From contig OX597824.1 of the NCBI GenBank assembly GCA_951406725.2, forward strand, positions 40,300,001-40,364,000: DNA of 64,000 bases. Reading direction: 5' to 3'. Origin of the DNA: Octopus vulgaris. Lineage: Eukaryota. How positions within the stretch are numbered: position 1 is the first letter of the stretch; every line of letters begins with the position of its first letter. The notes below the pieces were generated by a model, which was not told the DNA's origin, made no database searches, and was given only the letters and a program-made list of their open reading frames with translations. Positions 13,085 through 26,242 of the stretch are shown here, in pieces. A program made the position numbers and the translations under genes.

Positions 13085-13490
13085 TGCTCTTTTTACTCTT
13101 TTACTTGTTTCAGTCATGTGACTGTGGCCATGCTGGAGCACCATCTTTAGTCAAGCAAATCGACCCTAGGACTTATTCTTTGTAAGCTTAGTACTTATTC
13201 TATAGGTCTCTTTTGCCGAACTGCTAGGTTACTGGGATGTAAACACACCAACATCGGTTGTCAAGCGATGTTGGTGGGGACAAACACAGACACACAAACA
13301 TATACACACACATACACATATATATACAACAGGCTTCTTTCAGTTTCCATCTACCAAATCCACTCACAAGGCTTTGGTCAGCCTGAGGCTATAGTAGAAG
13401 ACACTTGCCCAAGTTGCCACGTAGTGGGACTGAACCCAGAACCGTGTCGTTCATAAGCAAGCTACTCACCACACAGCTACTCCTATGCCT
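13085..13490 (-). mobile_element. SINE family A, reverse orientation
   Basis: Reverse complement of the 11687 copy (CTCTTTTACTTGTTTCAGTCA ... ACCACACAGCTACTCCTATGCCT). Confidence 0.85.
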
Positions 13491-14410
13491 GTGTGTGTTT
13501 TACTATCTCCTTGACATCACATGACAGTTGTAAGTAAATGTTACCTTTATGCAAGTAGTTTCATTCATTTCCAATTCCCTGAGATATACCAGGTCATGGG
13601 AAAATATTACCTTGCTTGGAAACAGGTGAGGGTCAATGACAAGAAGGTCATTCAGCTGTAAGAAATCTGTCTCAACAAAATTTGTCCTACCCATGTGAAC
13701 ATAACAGATGACTTGGTAGGTTAATGGATGTCTATATCACAAGGAAACAGTTGACAGTTAACAAATATATACTCTAGTATATGTATTGAGTTATCCTGCA
13801 AATTATTATTAAATTGTTTTCATAACTAGACAAAAACAATCATGGTACATGGAAGTTAAATGATGATGGTGATTATTTGTATATTATACATACACACATA
13901 TATCTACACACACACATACATATATATATATTTATGTATATATCTATATATGTGTGTGTGCTGGCATTAGGAAGGGCATCCAGCCGTAGGAACAATGCCA
14001 AAACAGACATGGAGCCTGAACAATGCCTCATCTGGTCAGCTCTTGTCAAACCATTCAATCCATTCCAGTAAGGAAAACAGACATTAATGATGATGATGAT
14101 ATGTGTGTGCAGCAACTTAATATAGATTTATCTAGATATGTACTTATAAACACTTGTAAATAGATATGTGTTTTGTATGGTTAACTACCTGTTTGTGTAT
14201 GTAATAATTATTTAGATGCTTCTGTGTGTACTTCTATCTTCCTATCTGTCTGTCTGTTTGAATGTCTACTTGTATCTACCTGTGTGCTATTTCTGTCCTG
14301 TCTCATGTTGTAGGAAACATGAGAATTAAGTGGAATATCTGCAGCCAACAAATCTAGGAGCAGACCCATATAGCTGCTTCTTAGAGATACATGTACATGT
14401 TCATTCACAT

Positions 14411-14447
<37 letters not shown>

Positions 14448-14974
14448 CACACAAATACATAAACACAAAAACACACATATATACATGTACACAAATACTT
14501 GCACATTCACATACATATTTACACATACACATATATATGCACATATACACACAGACATACACACACATTTACTACACAGTCACACACCTGTGTGCATATA
14601 CATTCTCAGTTTGCACACATACATACATCTTCATACATACATACACTTCCACAAGTCCACATGTACTTGTACAGTTAGACACCCATGTATACACAATCGC
14701 ATATACAAACACACAGATACATATTGATATTCATAAACAATGAGGAATCCCTGATGAAATATTAATGTCAACTTATATGTCCAACTTTTCCATCAGAATG
14801 AGAAAAAAGGGGTTGAACAATGTTATTATGGTTGTATGATATTGTTATGGATGATGATGATGATGATGATGTTATGATTGTTGTTGTTTCTCATCTGAAT
14901 AGTGAACATTAACACCTTATAGCTAACATTAGCCATTTGTCTATTGAAATTAGAGATGTTTTCAGCAGTGCAAA

Positions 14975-15345
14975 AACTACCACCACTGCTGCCGCAATCA
15001 GTAACAGTAGTATTACCATCATCCCTTCAACAACCACTGCAATCACTTCTGCAACTACCACCATCATTTCTACAACTTCTACCACCATCTCCACAGCTGC
15101 CACTAACACCATAACCACCACCACCACCACATGCCCGTTACTACCTCCACCACTATAATCACCACTGCTAACACACTTAACTTTAACATTATTATTACAA
15201 CCACAAACACAAATATCAACTTCCCTATCATCTCAGCCACACTTTCCACTAGCAAAATCACTACCACCACCACAATCACCACCTCCACAACCACTAACAC
15301 TATTACTGTCTCTAACACCACTAGCACCAATACCGCCCCTATTAC
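14975..15345. repeat. Degenerate (ACC/ACT)n low-complexity tract
   Basis: Trinucleotide-rich; produces spurious Thr- and Val-rich ORFs. Confidence 0.75.
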
Positions 15346-15359
15346 TAAAAGTATTGTCA

Positions 15360-15595
15360 CCTATTTCTTTACTACCCACAAGGGGCTTAAACACACAGGG
15401 GACAAACAAGGACAGACAAACAGATTAAGTCAATTACATCGACCCCAGTGCGTAACAGGTACTTATTTAATCGACTTCGAAAGGATGAAAGACAAAGTTG
15501 ACCTGGCAGAATTTGAACTCAGATTGTAGCGGCAGACGAAATACCGCTAAGCATTTCGCCCGGCATACTAACGATTCTACCAGCTTGCCGCCTTA
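15360..15595 (-). mobile_element. SINE family B, full length, reverse
   Basis: Reverse complement of the 26542 copy; ends CAGCTTGCCGCCTTA. Confidence 0.85.
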
Positions 15596-15853
15596 ATACT
15601 AAAAGCTGCAGATATTGTTACCATCATCACTACTAATTAAGGATCTCCTAAGTGGTTACTCCCTCTGGTAGAGATAGCAGCTAAAACTCACTCAAATCAC
15701 ACTCTTTCATCTGAAAAAAAAGTGAAGAAAACATTAGTAAAATGCAGCCCTAAATATTCTGTCTGAAAAAAGATATAGTCTAGTCACTGATGGAATGCCT
15801 CTGGTCCTAGACCTACCTGCTTTATTATGACTCTCCAAAAACTAAATAACAAC

Positions 15854-15885
<32 letters not shown>

Positions 15886-16229
15886 CTACTAACATTATGA
15901 TCATCATCATCATTACCATCACCACTGTCATCATTGAAAAGTAAGAGTCAAATGTCTTTCAGCTCACACCCTGGAATTTTTGAAAAGTAAGGATACATCA
16001 GATAATGTAATCCTAGGTACATTATGCCTTCAAAAAAAAGGAACATGGGAAGATCATGGCTGGAATTGTCTAGTTGGTCCTGGCCAATTTAGGGCTTAAC
16101 AACAATGTCACACTTGTAGATAACTAGCACTCTTATTGTTAGTAATCCTTTATCTAGAATGTTTAGGACTTGGAAGCATTTTGGATTTCAGATTCTATTG
16201 GATTTTAGAGTAATCGCATAAGTAAATAT

Positions 16230-17282
16230 CAAAAAGTTATCCAAATTCTGGAAGAAGTGGTAGTCAGTGGGGGCAAGATCGGGTGAGTATGGTGGATGAT
16301 GGAGAACTTCCAACTCCAACTCCTGTAGTTTTGCCAATGTCATTTTTGCGATGTGTGGTCCGGTATTGTCTTGCAATAGAATAGGAGTGGATCTGTTGAC
16401 TAATCTAGGCTGTGTTTTTGTAAGTTTCTACATCATTTGGTCCAGTTGGCTGCAGTATACTTCAGCTGTGATTGATGAGCCAAGATTAATGAAATCAGAA
16501 GGGATCACACCTGTGCCAGACCACCAAAAACACACCATCATTTTCTTAGATGAATTTTGGTTTTTGGACTGTTTTGGTGGCTTATTTTTGTCCAACCATG
16601 GTGCTGAATGTTTACAGTTGTTGTACTGGGTCCATTTCTCGTCACATATTACAATTCAATTCTGAAATAATTCATTTTTTTTTACGAGAAAGTAGCATAA
16701 TGTAGGCTTCCAAACGATGCTGTTTTTGATTTTCATTGAGTTCATGTGGAACCCACTTATCCAACTTTTACACTTTACTGATTTGAACTAGGTGAGTCTA
16801 TTGTTTGCTTGCTAACACCAAACAACAACAATAATTCACAGGCACTTTGAGATGGATCTAACTTGACTGTGGCTTTCAGTTTGTCACTATCCACCTTTGT
16901 TTCTGGTCAACCATGTTGCTCATTTGTGAGGTCAAAGTTACCACAACGAAATTTTTCAAACCAATTTGTTACTGTCTGCTGTGTAATAACATTAGAATGA
17001 AATACTCCATTAATATTCCAAGCTGTCTGTGATGCTGTATTTCCTAGAAAGAACTCATATTTCAAAACTGTACGAATTTCTGACTTATCCATCTCTAACC
17101 AAAAATAGCAAAAAATGATTTATAAATACTTTAAAAAGTGCAAAGCAAGTTAGAATAAAGAAATAGATGGGTCAGCTTTCTAACAAATAATAAAGATTGT
17201 CAAAATATAATAATGGTGCAAAATGAACAGCTATCAAAGTTTACCATATACTTTACTACAAATTTCATTCTTGACAACCTAA
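16230..17282 (-). mobile_element. Degenerate mariner (DD34D) element, 3'-truncated
   Basis: Left TIR TA|TTAGGTTGTCAAGAATGAAAT on the minus strand; MDKSEIRTVLKYEF..WFEKFRCGNFDL (HTH) and QDN..PH..HPPYSPDLAPTDYHFF with 34 residues between the last two Asp; stops and frameshifts. Confidence 0.9.
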
Positions 17283-17286
17283 TATA

Positions 17287-17321
<35 letters not shown>

Positions 17322-17919
17322 ATGTATGTATGTATGTGTATATACACATACATCTGACAGGCTTCCACAGTTTCCATCTACCAGGTTCTCTCACAAGGCA
17401 TGGGTCTGCCTGTGGTTATAAAAGACACTTGCTCAAGGTGCCACACAGTAGGACTGAACCCAAAACTCAGGCTTCTGTGTAGTTTCCCTCTACCAAATTT
17501 TACTTACAAGGCATTGATTAATATGAATCAATTGTAGAAGACATTGGCCCCAGTTGTTACCCTATGGGTTTCTATTAATTATAATTGAGACATTTTAGTC
17601 AGTGGATCTACTTTTCTTTCATTTTGCTGTCTCAATACAGTTATAACACCTGGTAGACAATCCTTAATCCCTGAAATTTTACTTCAAAGGTTTATAGTTT
17701 ATTATAAACAGGAAGATCAAATATTTGACAAATTCTTTTATTGTGTATCAAAAGGCTAAGCTTCCGCTTCAGGTAACTTTAACTTTGATCTGTCACCAAC
17801 CCACTACAAAATACAGGTGTGTTGCATGCTAGAAAAGGACTGATTGCCTATTTATTTCAAAGTAACAATTACACACACACACACACACACACACATTACT
17901 TTCCTTAAGATGTATCTTT

Positions 17920-18465
17920 TATCTTTATTTGTTTCAGTCATTAGACTGCAGCCAAGCTGGAGCACCATCAGTACTTATTTTTAAAATCTTGGTACTTACT
18001 ACATTGGTCTCTTCGGCTGAACCATTAAGTTACAGGAGTGTAAACACACTAGCAACCATTGTCAAGTGGTAGTGAGGGGGGACATACAGACAGAAAGGCA
18101 CATGTGCACACACACACATACTACATATATGCAACAGGCTTCTTTCAGTTTCTGTTTATTAAATCCACGCACAAGGCTTTGATTGGCCTGAGGCTATTGT
18201 AGAAGACGCTTACCCAAGGTCCTACACAGTGGGACTGAACCTGGAAGCCTGTCGTTGGGAAGCAATTTCTTATTGCACAACCCCACACCTTATACTCTTT
18301 TACTCTTTTACTTGTTTCAGTCATTTGACTGTGGCCATGCTGGAGCACCGCCTTTAGTTGAGCAAATCGACCCCAGGACTTATTCTTTGTAAGCCTAGTA
18401 CTTATTCTATCAGTCTCTTTTGCCGAACCGCTAAATTACAGGGATGTAAACACACCAGCATCAGT
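17920..18465 (-). mobile_element. Two SINE family A copies/fragments, reverse
   Basis: TTGTTTCAGTCATT..GCTGGAGCACC motifs at about 17930 and 18310. Confidence 0.75.
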
Positions 18466-19099
18466 GGAAGCAGCAGCAGCAGCAGTGGTGGCAATAATTG
18501 TGGTGGTGGTGGTAGAATATATCGAAGACTTCTGTACAGTTTCCATCTACCACATTTCATTCACAAAGCATCTGTCAACCTAAATCTTTTACAGAAAACA
18601 CTTGCCCCTAGATACCATCTTGTGGATTTCTATGAATTAAAAAATAGATTTTGGAATTGCTAATAGCCTACCTTTATTCACAGACATATTTATAACACCA
18701 ATAACACCTTCTTTTACTAAAAGACAGGCATTTCATACGTCTAACCCCAATAAATTTTCACATATGAATCAGTTGTGAAATTTATGTGGAATAAAAAAAA
18801 TTAAGTACATTAATTAATATACAAATAAAAAAACCCCAAGGTCTCATTCCATTCTTAACTGTGAGTAAAATGCAACAAGATTTCTAAACTGTTTATACAC
18901 TCTGACCTATGAAGTTAAAAACTTGTTTGGTGAAGGCAGAGAGTAGGGGCGCAGATAAAGCTACTATTTTACTTGTTTTCTCTATGAACCTAACTCATCT
19001 GGTTATTTTAACATTATTACCAAGCTTAACCTTTCATTGAATATGCTATTGTAAGACACAGATTAAATATATATCAGTGTGGGAATGTTGTTGTTTTTC

Positions 19100-19113
19100 A
19101 GGAATACATTTTC

Positions 19114-19192
<79 letters not shown>
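19100..19192. repeat. (CT)n microsatellite
   Basis: Directly visible. Confidence 0.95.
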
Positions 19193-19196
<4 letters not shown>

Positions 19197-19927
19197 AATG
19201 TAAGTGTGTGTGGTGTGTGTGAGTTTCACTGTTCACTTTCGTGTAATTCTAATTTTAAATCTATCTCAAGTTGGAACAACCTTGCAAGCATGATTCACAC
19301 AAGTTATGTAAATGACAGAAAAATTTATGTACTTCTGTCTTGTCAAATCTTGTCCAGTTTTCATAATGACTCATTAGCATGATATCCCATCATGCAATGT
19401 TCACTTAATTTCAGCCGATAAAGTTGGCAACGGTGGATTTTTGAATGCTGTACTTTCGTGGAAGTAGTTTGATAACTTAGCTCTTCAATGATTTAACTCT
19501 TTTGACACCAACCCACCTAAGACCATTCCAGCTTCAATGACACAAACTTCCTGTTTTAAAGAAATCTGAATTAAAATCTTCCATCAAAATTTCACATTAA
19601 TTTAAGTTTCAAATATCAGCTTAATAAGGACAAAGTTATTTTACTGAATTATCTTCATCTATCTTTTTTTTTATATATCTTTTTTGACCATTACACTGCA
19701 GCCATGTTGGGACACTGCTTTGAAGAACTTTTAGTCAAACGAATCAAGTCCAGTATTTATTTATTTGGTCTGATACTTATTCTATCAGTCTCTTTTTGCC
19801 AAACCACTGAATTATGGGGATATAAACAAACCAACACCGGTTGTCAAGCAGTGGTGGTGGACAAACACATATACAAAAACACACACACACACACACACCA
19901 CATACACACACATACATACACACACAT

Positions 19928-19989
<62 letters not shown>

Positions 19990-19990
<1 letters not shown>

Positions 19991-20281
19991 GAGGCACAAT
20001 GGCCCAGTGGTTAGGGCAGCGGACTCGCGGTCGGAGGATCGCGGTTTCGATTCCCAGACCGGGCATTGTGTGTGTTTATTGAGCGAAAACACCTAAAAGC
20101 TCCACGATGCTCCGACAGGGGGTGGTGACCCCTGCTGTACTCTTTCACCACTCTTTCTCTCACTCTTTCTGCTGTTGGCCTGCTCGCTTAGCCAGTGGCG
20201 TCGTTCAAAGGCTAAATCAATGCGAACGCATTGTGACCAGCGATGTGTAGCAACATCTGATGGTCTGGTCGGTCACGTGAT

Positions 20282-20290
<9 letters not shown>
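19990..20290 (+). mobile_element. CpG-rich tRNA-derived SINE (family C), apparently young
   Basis: A-box TGGCCCAGTGG, B-box GGTTTCGATTCC, non-tRNA body; ends in the palindrome TCACGTGATCACGTGA; inserted in a (TG)/(TA) microsatellite. Confidence 0.8.
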
Positions 20291-20326
<36 letters not shown>

Positions 20327-20408
20327 CATACATACATACACAGATATATGTATATATGTGTGTGTATATATATTTATATATAATAATAAAGGGTAAAATT
20401 AATTAATT

Positions 20409-21120
20409 CATCATCATCATCATCGTTTAACGTCCGCTTTCCATGCTAGCATGGGTTGGACGGTTCAACTGGGGTCTGGGGAGCCCGAAGGCTGCACCAG
20501 GCCAGTCAGATCTGGCAGTGTTTCTACAGCTGGATGCCCTTCCTAACGCCAACCACTCCGAGAGTGTAGTGCGTGATTTTATGTGCCACCGACACAGGTG
20601 CCAGACAAGGCTGGCGAACGGCCACGCTCGGATGGTGTTTTTATGTGCCACCGACACAGGTGCCAGACAAGGCTGGCGAACGGCCACGCTCGGATGGTGT
20701 TTTTATGTGCCACCAACACAGGTGCCAGACAAGGCTGGCAGACGGCCACGCTCGGATGGTGTTTTTATGTGCCACCGACACAGGTGCCAGACGAGGCTGG
20801 CAGACGGCCACGCTCGGATGGTGTTTTTATGTGCCACCGACACAGGTGCCAGACGAGGCTGGCAGACGGCCACGCTCGGATGGTGTTTTTATGTGCCACC
20901 GACACAGGTGCCAGACGAGGCTGGCAGACGGCCACGCTTGGACGGTGTTTGTTACGTGCCCACAGCACGGAGGCCAGTCGATGCGGTACTGGCTACGGTC
21001 CCGTTCGGATGGTATTCTTATGTGCCACCGGCACTGGTACCACAAGGATACAAATTCCATTGATGTTCATCTATTTTGATTTGGTTTGACTTGATTCGAT
21101 TTGACTTTGATTTGATTTGC
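20409..21120 (-). mobile_element. RTE 3'-end-derived element with expanded 62-bp minisatellite (six near-identical units 20575-20946)
   Basis: (CAT)n CGTTTAACGTCCGCTTTCCATGCTAGCATGGG tail as in the LINE at 28125; ATGTGCCACC recurs at 20581, 20643, 20705, 20767, 20829, 20891. Confidence 0.88.
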
Positions 21121-21213
21121 CTCAACAGGTCAATTCCACCAAGTAGTAATCGGCATGTTAAAAGGACCATTATCGGTAAACTTAAACAATATTTTTTATA
21201 ATTAGGGTTCAGC

Positions 21214-21251
<38 letters not shown>

Positions 21252-21255
<4 letters not shown>

Positions 21256-21936
21256 GTGCAATGTCGCTGTGCATGTATGACAGAGTGGAATCAACTTGAA
21301 AGAAAAGTTGGGCATAAGAGGCATCAGGTCTGGTGTGCAAGAGAGACAACTGCACTGGTATGGTCATGTGATGCATAAGGATGAGGACAGCTGTGTAAAG
21401 AAGTGCCAATCTCTAATTGTGGAAGGAAACTTGTGGTAGAGGTAGACCCAGAAAGACATGGGATGAGATGGTGGAGCATGATCTTTGAACTTTAGGCCTC
21501 ACAGAGGTAATAACTAGTGACCGAGACCTTTGGTATATACTGTGCTTAAGTAGTCCTGTCAAGCCAAGGGAAATCATAGTCGTGGTCAATGCTGGTGTCA
21601 CATAACTGGCATCCATGCTGGTGACATGTAAGAAGCGCCTTTTGAATGTTGGCCCTCATGGTGGATAAATGATGAATGACCAAGACCTTTGGCATTGTAC
21701 CATGCTTGAGAAAACCCATCAAGCCAACTAAAATTATATTCATGGCAGATACTAGTGTCATGCAAATGGCGCCTATGCCAGTGGTACATAAAAGACACCA
21801 TTCTCAGAGTGATTGATGTTAGTAAGGGCATCCAACCATAGAAACCATGCCAAATCAGACTAGCTTGCCAGCCCTAGTCAAACCGTCCAACCCATGCCAG
21901 CATGGACAATGGATATTAAATGATGATGATGATGAT
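21252..21936 (+). mobile_element. RTE LINE 3' fragment (ORF end, 3' UTR, (GAT)n tail)
   Basis: Homologous to the reverse complement of 28125-28930; LHWYGHV and GRGRPRKTW motifs. Confidence 0.8.
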
Positions 21937-23024
21937 ATTTCACACACACACACACACATACACACACATATGTACAACAGGCTTCTTTCAGTTTCCATCT
22001 ACCAAATCCACTCACAAGGCTTTGGTCAGCCCAAAGCTATAGTAGAAGACACTTACCCAAGGTGACACGCAGTGGAATTGAACTTAGAACCATGTGGTTG
22101 GGAAGCAAGCTTCTTACCACACAGTCACATCTCTGCCTATATTCATTATTTTCCAAATTAATTAAAACAATGTCAGTAGTGTATTTCAACAGAAATATGG
22201 TAACAATGGGTTAAGGTACTGGTTTTCTGGGGGGGGGTGTTTTTTAGTGCTATGCCTCGCCAAGATCTACTTAACCTTTTACTACAACACCACTCAAAGT
22301 TAGTAAAAGAAGTATTTGGTAACATACTTAGATAAGGTTTCAAAGCTAAGAGACAAAACAGGCAATATGGAATTTCAGATAATTTGATATCGTGGCATGG
22401 AAGGAAAAACTAGCAGAGTCATTGGAGCAACCACTGAAATTTTTAGTATTTGTTCTGGTTTTTTGCATCAGAGTTCAAATCCTGCTGTGACCAACTTTGC
22501 TTTTTATTTTTCCAAGATCAATAATTAAAGCATCAGTTTTAGGAAATGAACTGAGAGAATTGTTAGAGCACCACATATGATACCATGTGATATTTTTTCT
22601 AGCTCTTTGTGTTCTGAGTTCAAATCCTGCTGTAGCCTACATGGGTGGTAGACATAATCTTTCTTCTTATTTAACACCACCACCTGTTCCCTGGATGCCT
22701 TTAGCAAAGTCCATTCTGCTGCAAAGTTTTGACCCAAGTATCCAGTTTTAGGATAATTTCTCTTGGAAATCCATCCTGGGAAGATTCATGTGCGCTGCTC
22801 TTCTACCATTATTACTGTCATTCCCAGGCCGTCACCCCTATCTTTATCACTCTTCACTACCACCATCATCATCATCATCATCATTCATGCGATTGCTCAT
22901 TCTGCTAGAAATAGCAGTCAAGTTTCTCTGAAATCACATCTGATTATCTTGAAAAAAGATGCGGTGATCACTGCTGGAAGAATGCCTTTGATTACAGAGC
23001 TGCTCAGTCAGAACTGATATTGTG

Positions 23025-23405
23025 TTAAACAACAACAGCAACAACAACAACAAACATTATCATTATCACCACTGTCACCACCACCACCACTATTATCACT
23101 ACTGCTGCCATGACCCTCAACATCACTACCACCAATACCACTCTCACCCTCTACCACCTCATCATCACCCTAATGACCATCATCATTATCAAACATCCTC
23201 ATCAGTCTCCTCCTCCCTCTTCCTCCTTCCTCCTCATCATCACCACCACCACCACTGTCATCGTCACACCACTACAAGCACTATTATCACAACCACCACT
23301 GTTAGCACCACCACCATCAAAACTATTAACACCGCCATCACCATTAGCCCCCCACCTCCACCACTGTTGTTATCACACCACCACCGCCACTACTATCATC
23401 ATCAT
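23025..23405. repeat. (CAC/CAT)n low-complexity tract
   Basis: Explains the His/Thr-rich ORFs at 23022-23471. Confidence 0.8.
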
Positions 23406-23974
23406 GGACATTTCTATTTAAGCCTTCATTTCCCCCTTATTAGTTACGGATGGGACAGAGATGCTATTTAACTTCTAAGACAACCAATCAAAATAAGTAA
23501 TTATCTTTGCTAGGAATAATAATAACAATAATAACAATACAAAAAAAAAAAAAAGAAAACACAACATCCGACAGCCTAAACAGTCAACCTTTACATGGTG
23601 CAGGAGAACTGACATGTTAATTAGATTACCATGTGATCTCTGAGAAAACAAAATCGTTAATTCCTAATTATGTATTACATCAATTCTTGCTGTTACTCAC
23701 AGATATCTTCAGGTGAGATCCCAGGTCAAATCTAATCAAACAGACATATAATCAAAGACAACTTATTCATCTTTTATATATCTAGAAACTGTACTGTTCA
23801 ATATAATCCTTCCATTCTTTTAAGGTGGCAGGGGCGAGATTTAAGGGAGATTTCAATGTTTTCTTGTAGAGTAAGTGACTGCCAAGAGACTCCTTTATTG
23901 GCTTCTGTTAAGGGATCATTGATAACACTTCACTAAGAAGTCAAAATCATCATTGTATGCAAGCATGCATGTAG

Positions 23975-23990
23975 TATGTATGTATGTATG

Positions 23991-24024
<34 letters not shown>

Positions 24025-24452
24025 TGTATGTATGTATGTACGTATGTATGTATGTACATATGTATGTATGTGTGTGTGTGTTTGTGTTTGCGTACGTGTA
24101 TGTGTGCGTGTGTAGATATATGCATTTATGTAGTTATAATCAGAACTTTGAAATATTGTCATCATTGTATTCTGATAGTCTCAACGTAGAAGAGAGAGAG
24201 AGAGAGAGAAAGAAAGAGAAAAGAGAGAGAGAAGAGAGAGAGAGGAAATCTGTTCTGCCTTGACACCCAGGCTAGCGACATTTTAATTAGACAGTCATCA
24301 ACGAACTTCTGATGATACCTTTGTGTATATATGTATGTGTGTACGTATGTATGTATGTATGTATGTATGTATGTATGTATGTATGTATGTATGTATGTAT
24401 GTATGTGTGTATGTATGTATGCATGTATGTATGTATGTATGTATGTATGTAT
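23975..24452. repeat. (TATG)n and (GA)n microsatellite cluster
   Basis: Directly visible; explains the MYVC/HTYI ORFs. Confidence 0.9.
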
Positions 24453-24665
24453 ATATTCTTCAGATGGATGGGGCACTGGTTCGTCGCAGGAAATTTTCAT
24501 TTTTGCCAGCTGAGCAAATTGAAGTATTGTCAAATGAAGTGTTTAGCTCAAGAACACATGTCGCCCAACCCAGGAATCGAAACCACCATCTTACAATCAT
24601 GAATCTAAAACTCTAACCACTAAACCACATGCCCCCCACAAAAAAAAATGTATGCATATATGTAT

Positions 24666-24715
<50 letters not shown>

Positions 24716-25140
24716 ATATGTATGTGTATGCATGTAATGGTTGTAAGCAAGCATCACCATCATACAAGCAATGTCGTTTGCTCCCAGTTTTCTGTAAAAT
24801 CTATGTCTGACCACGGAGAAATATAATATCACTTTGCTTGGAAACAGGTGAGAGTTGAGGACAGGATTATCATCCAGCTGTGGAGAATCTGTCTCAACAA
24901 ATTCTTTCAAACCTATGCAAGCCTGGGAACATGGACATTAAATGATGACGATGATGATGACGATGATGATGGTGATGGTGATGGTGATGAGGATGAGGAT
25001 GATGATGATGATGAACACACATCTTAATATTGGGGGCTTAAATTGTCTTTAAAATCTATAATCCTTTATATAACACGCAATATTGTGCAACTTCTTCAAG
25101 AGGAGATAATCTGTGATAATTGCATATTTTATAGAATATA

Positions 25141-25159
25141 TTCATCATCATCATCATTG

Positions 25160-25215
<56 letters not shown>

Positions 25216-25240
25216 TTCTTCTTCTTCATCTTCATCATTG
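25141..25240. repeat. (CAT)n/(CTT)n trinucleotide microsatellite
   Basis: Directly visible. Confidence 0.9.
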
Positions 25241-25249
25241 TTGTCTTCC

Positions 25250-26242
25250 ACCCCAGGTTTCACTGCATCTGGTTGGATAAGTATGGCAACGCCAAGGTTA
25301 CCAAGGTGAGGAAAAATATGGGGGATAAAGGTCGAGGAGGCTATGAGGCAGCAGTCTGACAAAGTGAGCAGCAACAGTGGAGGCAGCAACAGCGAAGAGG
25401 AGGAGGATGACTTCTTCAGCAGTGTCACCCATCCAAAAGAGAGCAGCAGGATCCACAGGTCACTCAAGGACAAGGCCCAGAATTTGGTCAAGACCTGGTT
25501 GGAGACCAGCTCCAAGGACTCGCTAACAGATGCTGCCTTCTTGGGTGAACAAGTGTTGGTGGACTTGTTCATTAAGTTCAACACGGCCATCCCTTCCAGT
25601 GCTGCAGTGGAGCCTTTGTTCTCCATAGACAAGGACATATTAAGGGCCAAGATGAAAATTTTGGCATGCTAATTTTCATGAAAGGCAACAAGCATCTCAT
25701 GAACAAAATGGAGAGTGAGAAGAAGAGGAAAATTTATATTATGTATATATTGTGTTTTCCATTCTTAAAAAAAAAAATTTTTATGGCCACTTTATCAATA
25801 AACTTTTTTAGTATTAAATACCAATATTGTGTTTCATTTGAAATTTTTTTATCCTTTTCTGGCCCTAAAAGCTTAAAAACCTAAAAAAAAGGGTCATAAC
25901 TATGAAATCAGTCCTTTTTAGGTCTTTTAAAAGTTAAAACTATAAAATCATCATTTTTTAACTCTAAAGCAAAAAACTATAGTTATTGGGTCCTAAAATC
26001 CTTAAAAGGGCCAAAAAAGGCTGATTTTTATAGTTTCAACACTTTTTAGTGGTTTTTTAGGTGGTTTTAGAGCAAAAACTGATTTTTGCTTTTCTATAAC
26101 AAAATTTAATGTTAATGATTTATCGATAACTTCCATTACATTTTTAAAGAATTAACTGATTAATGGTTATCGAAGTTAACTCTTTGGTTAATGGATTAAC
26201 GCTGAACAAAGTTAACTTTTCAATTAACAGTGCCCACCTTTG
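25250..26242 (+). mobile_element. hAT transposon 3' remnant (dimerisation domain plus right end)
   Basis: LFIKFNTAIPSSAAVEPLFSIDKDILRAK..MLIFMKGN matches the hAT C-terminal PSSAxxERxFS motif; subterminal AAGTTAACT repeats and terminus CCCACCTTTG. Confidence 0.82.

Larger units (their letters stand above)
19497..22210. mobile_element. TTAA MITE split by nested insertions (left part 19497-~19655, right part ~22141-22210)
   Basis: The two parts together reconstitute the MITE seen at 1132-1576 and 63685-63904; right end GGTAACAATGGG|TTAA. Confidence 0.75.

Noticed and set aside
14208-15529. His/Thr-, Val- and Cys-rich ORFs
   Set aside because: Translations of (CA)n and (ACC)n low-complexity DNA; no splice or domain support.
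16140-16228. Possible Tigger/pogo-like terminal fragment next to the mariner
   Set aside because: Resemblance is short and from memory only; no matching second end found.
19990-20065. tRNA gene
   Set aside because: It has A and B boxes but no convincing acceptor stem, and it continues into a SINE body and tail.
20575-21040. CRISPR-like array or repeat-protein ORFs (206 aa, 168 aa)
   Set aside because: Units are contiguous and near-identical with no unique spacers and no cas genes; the ORFs are open only because the GC-rich 62-bp unit lacks stops.
23022-24616. His-rich and MYVC/HTYI-repeat ORFs
   Set aside because: Microsatellite translations.
25129-25650. 173-aa minus-strand ORF with poly-Asp tail
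   Set aside because: Antisense of the hAT remnant running into a (CAT)n microsatellite.
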